A DNA stretch of 64,000 nucleotides from Azolla caroliniana (Eukaryota; Plantae; Polypodiophyta). Location: the NCBI GenBank assembly GCA_043228905.1, contig JBHGNT010000015.1, forward strand, positions 14,198,001 through 14,262,000, written 5' to 3'. Shown here piece by piece: positions 26,512 through 36,939 of the stretch. The first letter of the stretch is position 1. Every line of letters begins with the position of its first letter. Below the pieces are notes generated by a model. It did no database searches and was not told the origin of the DNA. It saw only the letters and a program-made list of their open reading frames with translations. The position numbers and the translations under genes are program-made.

Positions 26512-28917
26512 TCACTTCGGCATGGGATGTCTTTCCAATCCGATCCTCTTCCGGCATGCTTCCAGCTTGTCGGGTGTGAGCACCTTGGTCAGCATATCCG
26601 ACCCGTTCTCGTCCGTGTGGATCTTCGTCAGCACGAACTCCTTGTCTTCTATCCTTTCCCGGATCCAGTGATATCTTCGTTGGATGTGCTTCGTCCGGGA
26701 GTGATAGGCCGCGTTCTTCGCAAGGTGGATTGCACTCTGACTGTCGCAGTAGAGTCGGTACTCCTCCTGCCGGATACCGAGCTCTCTAATGAAGTCCTTC
26801 ATCCATATTATTTCCTTGCCAGCTTCAACAGCCGCCATGTACTCCGCCTCCGTGGTTGACAACGCAACCGTCTTCTGCAGCCCCGACTGCCATGAAACAG
26901 CTCCCCCTGCATACGTCATCACATACCCTGATGTGGACCGGCTGGTATCTGCATCAGCCGACATATCCGAATCGGTGAAGCCGTCGAGTTCGGGCTTACC
27001 GGAGCCGAATCGGAGGCACACGTTTGCCGTGCCCTTCAGGTATCGGAGTATCCACTTGGCCGCGTTCCAATGCTCTTTGCCGGGATTACTCATGTACCGG
27101 CTCACCACTCCGACTGCATATCCTATGTCCGGTCTTGTACACACCATTGCGTACATCAAGCTCCCGACGGCAGAGGCATATGGTACTTTCATCATGTCCT
27201 CCTTCTCAGCCTTTGTCTTGGGGCTTTGCTTGCTGGACAGCTTGCAGTTTGCCGGGAGTGTTGACCCGACCGGTCTTGCTTCCGACATGTTGAACCGGTG
27301 AAGCACCTTTGTCACGTACTTCTCCTGTGACAGCCACAACTGCTTCTTCTTCCGGTCCCGGATGATGTGCATCCCTAGTATTTGCCTCGCCGGACCCAGG
27401 TCTTTCATTGAGAAGGTTCGGTGAAGAGCCTTCTTCAGCATCCGTATCTTGACCTGGTCTCGTCCGACGATCAACATGTCGTCCACGTACAGGAGGAGTA
27501 TTAGAAAGTCTCCTCCTTCGAACTTCTTCACAAACACGCAGTGGTCGGACTGCGTTTTGAGGTACCCTTCGTCGGTCATGAAAGAGTCGAACTTCCGGTA
27601 CCATTGCCGGGGAGCCTGCTTCAGTCCGTAAAGGCTCTTCTTCAACCGGCATACCAGGTGCTCCTTCCCTTTCTTCTCGAATCCTTCCGGTTGCTGCATG
27701 TAGATCTCTTCTTCGAGGTCACCGTGAAGGAATGCCGTCTTCACGTCCATCTGTTCTACCTCGAGGTCCATGCTTGCCGCTATGCTCAGCACCGTCCGGA
27801 TGGAGGTCATCTTCACTACCGGGGCAAATATCTCGTCGAAGTCGACGCCCTTCTTCTGCTGAAACCCCTTCACCACGATCCTGGCTTTGTATCTCGAGGG
27901 GTTTCCGGCATCTCCCGGTTTCAGCTTGAACACCCACTTGTTTCGAAGTGCCCGCTTTCCTTTCGGCAACTCCACAAGTTCATATGTGTGGTTCTCATGC
28001 AGGGAATCCATCTCGTCCTGCATGGCACTCAACCACCTGCGGCTCTGGGTGTCATGCTTTGCTTCTTCAAAGCTCTCCGGCTCCCCTTCGTCGGTTAGCA
28101 GCACATGCTCTGGTTCCGGAAATCTCCGGGGGGCCCTTCTCTCTCTTAGAGGATATCTCCGTTCCGGAGCTTCGGTAACCGGTTCTTCCGATTCTTCTTC
28201 ATCCGAATCCATTTCGGGATCGGGGCCGGTTCCGGTATCATTTTCATCTTCTTCGGCCGGTTCTGTTTCTTCACCGTCTTCGGCCGGATCCTCGAGTGCT
28301 AACCGGTCCCTTGCCGGTCGGGACTGCTCCTCGTGGAGTTGATCCTCACCGGTCGACTTGGAGCTCTTCATCTTCTTCTCCGACTCCCATTCGGCGAGTG
28401 TCTTGTCCTCCATGAAGATGATATCACGACTCCGGAATATCTTCTTGTCGACCGGGTCCCATACTCGGTAGCCGAACTCGTCATCGCCGTAACCGAGGAA
28501 TATGCATGACCGGGTCTTTGGATCTAGCTTTCCTCTCCGGTCCTTAGCCACATGCACATATGCGAGACACCCGAACACCTTCAGATGCCGGTAGGATACT
28601 TCCCTACCGGTCCACACTCTCTGCGGCGTGTCTCCGTCCAAAGGTACTGAGGGTGATCTGTTTATCACGTATGTCGCCGTCGACATCGCCTCAACCCAAA
28701 ACCCCTTGGGTAATTCCGCATGCGCCAGCATACTCCGGACCCTCTCCATTATGGTCCGGTTCATCCTCTCGGCCAGCCCGTTCAGTTCCGGCGTCTTCGG
28801 CATAGTAAACTCGAGCCGGATTCCTTTCGAGCGACAGTACTCCGCGAACTGCCCCCGGTATTCCCCTCCGTTATCCGCTCGTATCGCTTTCAGCTTCTTG
28901 CCGGATTCTCTTTCCAC
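26512..28917 (-). CDS. Copia pol: partial integrase, RT and RNase H (open 801-aa frame, N-terminus lost)
   Basis: IRADNGGEY, PELNGLAERMN, QMDVKTAFLHG, LLYVDDML, STTEAEY and SDMLTK, with no stops. Confidence 0.9.
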   Translation of the reverse strand: MERESGKKLKAIRADNGGEYRGQFAEYCRSKGIRLEFTMPKTPELNGLAERMNRTIMERVRSMLAHAELPKGFWVEAMSTATYVINRSPSVPLDGDTPQRVWTGREVSYRHLKVFGCLAYVHVAKDRRGKLDPKTRSCIFLGYGDDEFGYRVWDPVDKKIFRSRDIIFMEDKTLAEWESEKKMKSSKSTGEDQLHEEQSRPARDRLALEDPAEDGEETEPAEEDENDTGTGPDPEMDSDEEESEEPVTEAPERRYPLRERRAPRRFPEPEHVLLTDEGEPESFEEAKHDTQSRRWLSAMQDEMDSLHENHTYELVELPKGKRALRNKWVFKLKPGDAGNPSRYKARIVVKGFQQKKGVDFDEIFAPVVKMTSIRTVLSIAASMDLEVEQMDVKTAFLHGDLEEEIYMQQPEGFEKKGKEHLVCRLKKSLYGLKQAPRQWYRKFDSFMTDEGYLKTQSDHCVFVKKFEGGDFLILLLYVDDMLIVGRDQVKIRMLKKALHRTFSMKDLGPARQILGMHIIRDRKKKQLWLSQEKYVTKVLHRFNMSEARPVGSTLPANCKLSSKQSPKTKAEKEDMMKVPYASAVGSLMYAMVCTRPDIGYAVGVVSRYMSNPGKEHWNAAKWILRYLKGTANVCLRFGSGKPELDGFTDSDMSADADTSRSTSGYVMTYAGGAVSWQSGLQKTVALSTTEAEYMAAVEAGKEIIWMKDFIRELGIRQEEYRLYCDSQSAIHLAKNAAYHSRTKHIQRRYHWIRERIEDKEFVLTKIHTDENGSDMLTKVLTPDKLEACRKRIGLERHPMPK

Positions 28918-29269
28918 TCTCGCCGTCCCGGTACTTGAGGTTCACTATCTTCCTCATCAGGGAGGTCCGGTTCAACGCATTCTTCCTCTCGTAGAGGCCC
29001 GATAGCTTCCGCCACATCTCATAGGCGTTCGTATCGTTCGCGACATGTTGCAGAACACTTACATCGACGTATTGCCGAATGGTTGCAACGGCTTTCCGGT
29101 TCAGAAGCCTCCATTCCGACTCAAGTACCCCCTTCGGTATTTCCGACCTGTCAATCGGTTCGTACAGGTCCCGAACAATCAGAAGATCCTCCATCTTGAT
29201 CTTCCAGTCAGCGTAATTCTGCGCATTCAGCACCATCATCCCCGGCTGCCCGCTGCCGCCGCCTTCCAT
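28918..29269 (-). pseudogene. Copia gag N-terminal fragment
   Basis: MEGGGSGQPGMMVLNAQNYADWKIKMEDLL...KYRDGES, cut by the deletion. Homologous to the gag at 7685. Confidence 0.88.
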
Positions 29270-30722
29270 TTTCTGCAGCAACTCGCTCTGATACCAAATT
29301 GATGGAAATAATCGAAACTTTCCGATCTTCACCTCTCGGCCACAACCAAGGAAACACACGAATCGTTGTTGCAGAAAATGGGAAATGCGAAAAATAGAGT
29401 GGACACACGATTTATCGTGGAAAACCCTGTACGGGAAAAACCACGGGAGTACAAGACTCCGAACCAAAACTATGCACAGAGAAGTATACAATGGCGAGCT
29501 GCAAGGCGACGACCTTGAGCTCGCTGTCCTCGCCACAGGCGGCGGAAATACACAGAGGCGTCGACCTCTTCCTCTCTCACGCTCTATCTCTCTCTCGCGG
29601 CTGCTCTCTCTTCACTCCTCTTGAGTGGAAAAACAGAAAAAATAAGAAGCAACATAAAACTGTTTGCCCTAAGTCATATTTATACACATATGACTTTAGG
29701 GCTATTTACAACTATAGCCTCAAGGGCCCTTAGCAAACATATTCACGGATATGTCCCCGCATCCGGATCTCTCTTTGGGTACATTCGTCATCCGGCTCCG
29801 AAGCCGGGGTCTTCATCATCCGGTTCCGAAACCGAAACCGGGCTCGTCGGCATTCATCTCCAACATCCGACCATCCCATCCGAAGGGACCGTAGTCCCAA
29901 CAACATGTAAAGTAGCATTCATCCTCACCATAATGGGAGCCTGAAGACGGTTGCCAGTTCTTGCTTCACATGCCATTTGTAACTACTGTTTATGGTGCAA
30001 AACAAATGCTTATTGAGACAAAAACGAAGTGCCCAATGAGTTGGTAGAAGAACAAGTGAACTTTTGGATGCAGGCCTTAAAAGACAAAAAGAAGCATATT
30101 GACAATGCAAAGAAGTATGTTGCACAACAATATACCTCATGGTTGGATGTGTTCTTTAGTGAGCAACAAGGAATTATTGATAATTGTGTTGTTGGTAATT
30201 GGGTCTTGCAAATGCCATTTACGCGGTCCATACAACATTCTCGTGGTTCTCAATTGCCACTTCATGCTCCGCATGCAGATCTTTATAGTTTGCTCCATCC
30301 ATAACAAAAAGACATTTATGTGGGACCAAGAATGACAAAAGTAGCAAAAGCCAAGTGGCAAGGAAAGTTGGAAGAACTGAAGGTTGGGATGTTATTTGTT
30401 ACACTTGTAGATGACAACGACCTGGGGCACCAATTATGGATTGGTAAAGTATTGGATGTGGTGATGCATGAAAACGAAAATTGGATCAACTCTATAAAGG
30501 TGTATTGGTACAACACTCAAAGAAAGAATGCATTTACAAACAAGTATACATGGGAGATGATGGAATTCCCAACGCAAAGAGGAAATAGAAAGAGGAAAAG
30601 AAATATTCATAACACATCGTCCCTTGACATTAGTGAGGTGGATATCATTGTGTACGACTTTACATTAACAAAAGTTGGACATTTAAGGAAGTCAAAAATA
30701 GAAATAATAAAAGAGATATTGT

Positions 30723-33700
30723 TGTTGAGAATCAAGCTCAACATAGTGCAACGTGTGAACATGGTGCAAATATGCCTCGGCGGCCTTGCACCATGGTTCA
30801 ACACGATGAGGACCGCCATACTAGCACAGGAGAATCCGCCCTCCTTCTTTGACCTTCAATCCATGTTGTTGGTCGAAGAAAACCATGTTCGAACAAGGAG
30901 CAACACCTCAGAAAGCCACATGCTTTACTCACACTCGGATTGAGGAAGAGGTCACAATTGTGCAAGAAGAGGCCGATTCGGCCAAGGACGAGGCAGACGA
31001 GGCCCGACTTACGAAAACAACTCGCAATTTTGGCATCAAGACGAAAGCCATCGAGGAACCTTCGGAAGAAGGGGGAGCTTCCATTTCAGTCAGAGCCGAC
31101 AAAACTTGGTCGAATGCGGATATTGCAGAAAAATCGGTCACCACGAAGAAGAGTGCCATAAGAAGATGTGCGAGTCAGCTTCCACTAGCCGACAACTCAC
31201 CAATTACGCCACCAACTTCGACTATGATGAGCGTGGTGGAATGTTCGTGATGAGACATAGAGAAAATTCTATGTTGGCTTCTACTTCAACTAGTGCCTCC
31301 GGACCGGAAGACATATGGTTCGTCGACTCCGGTGCCTCGAACCATATGACTTCTCATCAAGAATGGTTTCGGGAACTTCGAGAGCCAGAACGACCCGGCT
31401 ATGACGAAACTAGAGACGACACTAGGTATCCGATTCGACACATCGGCAATGTCCCATTCGGCAAAGAAGGTAACCAAACTTTTATTAAGAATGTCTTGCA
31501 TGTACCAACCATTACGAAGAATTTGGTGTCCATCAGCCAAATTGTTGAGCAAGGGATGCAAGTACGATTTAATCAAGGCAGTTGCTTCATCGAAAAAGAG
31601 GGCCGACTCATCGCTCACAGATGAAGAGAGGGTCAAATGTTCATTCTCGACTCGCACGAGATGAAATTGGCCATGTTCGCAAAGGGCACGAAAGCCGATT
31701 CCGACATAGAGTTATGGCAAAGCGGATTGGCCATATCAACCTCCAACAGCTCAAGGCAATGCAATCAAAAGGAGTCTTCATCGGGCTCCCGACATTAAAG
31801 GAGAAAGAGATTGAAGGCATGTGTACTGCTTGCCAATTTAGCAAGCAACATCGGCACCCATTTCCAAAGGAGCGGAATGTGAGCAAAGGAATACTCGACA
31901 TAATTCATTCCAATGTATGGGGTGCGGCTCAGACGGCTACATTCGGCGGATGCCGATACTACGTGGCCTTCATCGACGACTTCTCCAGGCACACCTAGAT
32001 CTACTGCATGCGGAAAAAGAGCGAAGTGTTCGGACACTTCCAAAACTTTAAGAATGAAGTCGAGAAAGCCACGGGCCGACATGTACAATGTCTTTGGTCG
32101 GATGGAGGCAAGGAGTACTTCTCCGACGAATTTTCGGCATTTCTACGGAAAGAAGGAATTCGGCGAGAGTTTTGGTGTCGACATACGCCACAACAAAACG
32201 GAGTCGTTGAACAAAAGAATCGGCACATCCTTGAAGTAGCACGGGCCATGATGAACGAAAAGCACCTACTGATGTCGTACTCGGCAAAAGCGGCTAACAC
32301 GGCCGTATAACTCATGAATCAGTGTACGACATCGGATGTGCATGAACTTACTCCGCATGAGAAGTTTTTCGGGAAGGAGCTCGATCTATCACATGTTCAG
32401 ATATTCGGCTCCATTGCATACGTGCACATCCCCAACGAGAAGCAACAAAAGCTTGACCCGAAGTCGGAGAAATGTATCGTCATAGGATACTCACTGGAGC
32501 AAAAGGGGTACAAGTGCTATAACCCCTCTACTCGGAAGGGTTGAGTAAGTCGAGACGTCGTTTTCGATGAGTCTGTATCCTAGTACGCACCAAAGCCAAC
32601 TTCGACTCTGATTCCCGCTAACCCGGAATCCGCCGAAATAGGAATAGAAGCCGAAGATTGGCTCACACTCATGTTTGAAAGAAGCCGGATTATGACAAGG
32701 TTTAGTGGGCCACAAGAGCCTCCGAGCGATCAAAGCACATCTCGGCCGAGTCCGAAGCTCGACAAAGGGAAGGAAAAAATGCCGAAGTATGAAGACGATC
32801 ACTTTGACGGCAACAAATCGACTCACTCCCTCGATAGTGAGTTTGAAGGCCTTGACATCTGGACAAATGGAGCGAAGAAAGCCTTAGTATCCGCAAACGA
32901 GAAGGTCCACCGACCCACCCGTGAAAAGAACCACGTAAGCCGATTCGGCTACAACGATTATATGGCGTACCATTACGCCTTTATGATGAAGGTAACAATA
33001 GTACAGGGGCTGGAAACGTTTTCCGAAGCCACAAAGGACCCCAGATGGGTTGAAGCGATGAATGAGGAGATGCAAGCACTCTCCAAAAACAAGACATGGG
33101 ATCTTGTCCCCCACTCACCGCAAAAGAAGACGATCGACTGCAGATGGATCTATAAGGTGAAGTATAACGTTGACGGCTCCGTAAACCGCTACAAAGCTCG
33201 ACTCGTAGCAAAAGGATACGCACAGACGCATGGAGTCGACTACGAAGAGACATTTTCCCCGGTGGCAAAGATGAGGATTGTGCGGACCGTAATTGCACTC
33301 ACAATGGGGAAAGGGTGGTACCTCCATCAAATGGACATGGCGAATTAGAAGAGGAAGTGTACATGGTACAACCACCCGGCTTCGAATCCATCATTCATCC
33401 GAAATTCATATGCCAACTCAAGAAGCCTCTCTACGGCCTTAAGCAAGCACCGCGTGCTTTGCGTTCGAAGGTAATGCAATATCTTCATCAAATCGGCTTT
33501 CGAATGTTGAAATCCGACAACTCCCTCTACGTACGAAATGACTCTAGAAGCTCGATTGTCATCATTTTATACGTGGATGATTTGGTTATTGGAGGTGAGC
33601 ATTTAATCGACATCAACAAGGTGAAGTCCTTCCTCTCCAACAAATTGGAGATGAAGAACATGAAGGAGCTCCATTACTTTGTAGGCATAGAAGTAATTCA

Positions 33701-35118
33701 GATTTCGGTCAGCGTTATGATCTTCCAACGACAGTACATCCTCAACTTGTTATACAAGTTCGGGATGACTGAGTGCAAATTGGTGGCTACGCCTCTCGAT
33801 CAAAACCTCAAACTGGATGCCACCTCCGGCACAGAGAAGTGTGAGCCGACTCAGTATCGACAATTGATCGTGAGCCTCATCTATCTCACAATCACTCAAC
33901 CCGACCTTAGCTATCCAGTCGGACTCCTTAGCCAATTCATGCAAACTCCACGAGATATCCATTTTGATTGCGCTAAGTGAGTATTACGATACGTAAACGG
34001 CACAATGGATTACGCCATTCTCTACGCATCGGCCGCACCAATTCGACTTGAAGGGTACACGGATGCCGACTAGACCAGCTACAGAGCTGATCGAAGATCG
34101 ACCTCCGGATTTTTCTTCTTGCTCGGTAGCGGAGTAATATCTTGGAGTGGTAAGAAGCAGTCTACCATCACACTTTCGAATACGGAGGCCAAATACAGGG
34201 GTGTAACTGTAGCTGCATGTGAAGTCCTATTGCTCAAGAGGATTTTGAAGGATCTAGGCATCCCCATCAAAGATCTGACTCCCATTTACTACAACAACAT
34301 CAGCAGTATATATCTGCCTTGGAACCCTATGTTCCACGCACGCACAAAGCATATCAAAATGCACTACCACTTCATTCAAGAGTGTGTTCAGGCCGAAGAT
34401 GTCGATCTTCTACACATCAACATGAATCTTCAGACAACCGACATCTTCACCAAGACCCTAGGATCCGACAAGCTTTGGCAATTCATGTCAGACCTTGGAT
34501 TGACGATCCCTGACTTGCCAAGATTGAGGGGGAGTACAAGTGAGAACCAGGTACCATCCAAACCGGGTACGAGCCGAAGTGGACACCGGAGATTGTCTGA
34601 ACCAGATACCAGCCAAACCGGACATCAATCAAAAGGAACCGACACGAGTTGAGCTTGAGGGGGCGTGTTGAGAATCAAGCTCAACATAGTGCAACGTGTG
34701 AACACACCTTTGGAGAATCTATGATTACTCAAAGGTCAAGAGTCACACCACTACTCTCTACACATTAACTATGTGTCATAGAATCATAATCTATGACACA
34801 TAACTAATGAGTTACATATTCCCCATGACTATGAGTCTTCACATTCCCCAACAGAGAGTGGTTGTTGTAGTTAGTTAATGAAGAGAGAGGGTGACTATAT
34901 ATAAAGCACCCTCCTCATACTTCATACTAAGTTGGTTGTGACTCATTGTAATGCTACATTTTTTATCTCTTATTCTACTTGTGAATATACATCTTCTTCT
35001 TCTTGAGTATTTCATTTCTCTAGGTTATCTATCTTGTGTTTCTCTTCTCTTCTCTCTTTTCTCTCACACATAACACACATATCTTCCGCTACACAAGAAT
35101 CGGATGCGATTCTTTACA
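30723..35118 (+). mobile_element. Decayed Ty1/Copia element with most of the 5' LTR, PBS and gag N-half deleted
   Basis: The 39-bp LTR stub at 30723-30761 matches the start of the 3' LTR (34666-35118). TSD attgt/attgc. Motifs CGYCRKIGHHEEEC, WFVDSGASNHM, PQQNGV, YVDDL and KHIKMHYHF. Confidence 0.93.
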
Positions 35119-36939
35119 ATTGCCAACTCTATAAGGCTTCTCAGATCGAGGGCGAACAACATCTTCTACACATAATTTGAAGTATGAGATGATGACAATG
35201 CTTTGATTGGTACATTTGAAGATGAAGAGGAAGAGTCGTCATTGTATATTAGCTATAGTGGTGATTCTCATGAAAGGAGTGATGCAAATAGCTCTTGAAT
35301 GTATTTTTTTCATCAAAATGTAACAAATTTAAGCTTGTAAGAACTCGAATGATATAAGGTTTTGTTTTTTTTAATCTATCGCTCCTTGTGAGATTGTGTC
35401 ACAGAAAACATTAGTTTTCATTTTTATGGATAATTACACTATGTAACTTTTTTATTATTATAATACCCTAATTTAGTGAATTTTCAAATTTATGAAATGG
35501 TGAAATTTTAAGATTTTCCATCAAATCTTTGAGAACATGTGATTGGTATCAACGTGTTTTGTGAAATGGTTAAAAACGCCCCGAAACAAAGGGAATATTC
35601 CTTATTCTTCCATTTGTGCACGATCCTTCCACTTGTGAACGCGAATGTGTTAAATATCGTTGTTGTTAACTAATTGTCGCAGGTTATAGCATGATCCATG
35701 CAGACATTGGTGCGAGAACAATCTCTTTGTAAAAGAGACATAAAAGTTCCTTTTGTGCCTTTTCGCCCTTCTTTTTGAATCTTTGGTCATGAGCCTCTTT
35801 GTAACCTAAGTTGGAGTTTTTTGTCTTTGTGAGGGTGTCTTTGCAATAGAGGTGAGAGAGAGTTAGTGAGGCTAGGGTAGGCAAGGTTAGCATTTCAAGG
35901 GTGATCAACAACCACTCTCACCTAACTCACTATTAATAGATTATACAACGATCTACACCCCTCAGCCAATTATATTAATGTGGAGACATAACTCCACCAT
36001 TACAGAGACGTGTTTGAGTGACACAATCTTGGGCTTGAGGTTCTCTTTAATCATAGATGGACCAAATGTGCTACTTACCAGTTGGAAACGGGTCAGAGAT
36101 CTTAGTATGCATTCTACAATTATGTAACGATGGAGAAACCTTTTTAACACATTGGTAACACATGGGCAATAACATCCCAAAGTTCATTGAGAAATAGTTT
36201 GAAAGGGTCTGAAAGCCCTTTATTATGGATTTTCTCACAAACCCCATACATGCACCTATTTCTTGAGATGAGATAACTTACCATTCAGACGATGGTCATC
36301 GAAAAGGGTTATTGAGAACATGCTTAACGTTAAAATAACCTTCAAATTGACTTTTTAGGATTGCATGGGAAACCAGTAAAAAACATTGAAAAGACACATA
36401 AAATTTGGGTTCCAAATATATGGAAGATGAGAAATTTTGGTTTGAAAATGGGATGCATGAATAAATTTCTCTTTGGATGGGGTCTTTTATCAACAATTTC
36501 TCACAACTTGGTAAGATGTAGAGGTTCATCCTTCACAAATAATTGTATATGTTACCCCAAAATACAAAGGATCATCATATTTGAAAGGAGAAAGAAACCA
36601 CAATCACCAATGCATGCCACAACCCATCTCTTTGTCACCCACCTACATTATTACGTCAATGCGACTTAGCTCACATTCTCTTCAATCCGAGAAAAGGATT
36701 TGAGGATTTATATTTTGCCTTAAAACAAGTCAACAACCTAAGTATCATACTATGATACTATGTGTTGCATTTAATCACATTAGACTTTGTTTAAAACACA
36801 TTCTCAATCTTGTGCACTTGAGTGCAACGTTCATTTGTAAAATTCATGAACATTAAGAATCTCTATTTATTTTTTTATTTTTTTATTTTTTCCAAAAAAA
36901 ACTCCTTCCATTAGTTATAAAATTTTACAAATGAGGCGA

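Larger units (their letters stand above)
25899..29902 (-). mobile_element. Very young, internally deleted Ty1/Copia element
   Basis: 603-bp LTRs at 25899-26501 and 29300-29902; I could find only one mismatch. Perfect TSD ACATG. PBS (gctctgatacca on +) at 29285-29296. PPT at 26502-26515. Confidence 0.97.
24165..35298 (+). pseudogene. Sola1-like (DUF7869-type) DDD transposase in three pieces: 24165-25898, 29908-30722, 35124-35298
   Basis: CSIC zinc motif, then HLMIDSMDQKK (D1), LYIQLDNTIRENKN (D2) and FLLVSHTHDHIDQMF (D3). Reading continues across the first Copia TSD (TLLHVK*HSSSP*WEPEDGC). C-terminal beta domain and an acidic tail ending in TGA at 35298. Confidence 0.82.
19960..35651 (+). mobile_element. 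Large Sola1-like TIR DNA transposon with cargo gene, left end missing, containing two nested Copia elements
   Basis: Right TIR atccttccacttgtgaacgcgaatgtgtt ends at 35651. DDD transposase pseudogene 24165-35298. Divergent ParB-MTase pseudogene. The internal palindromes are shared with the derivative at 6339-13350. No left TIR was found, so the left boundary is approximate. Confidence 0.75.

Noticed and set aside
26527-29005. Many plus-strand ORFs
   Set aside because: Antisense shadows of the GC-rich Copia pol.
28871-29536. 221-aa ORF starting in the LTR
   Set aside because: The upstream part is LTR/PBS sequence; gag starts at MEGGG and is cut by the deletion.
30320-30943. 207-aa ORF as a real fusion protein
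   Set aside because: It is a chance read-through of transposase C-terminus, LTR stub and gag fragment.
35698-36700. Possible old LTR (35698-35956) and LINE fragment
   Set aside because: Only faint terminal and motif similarity; too decayed to support.
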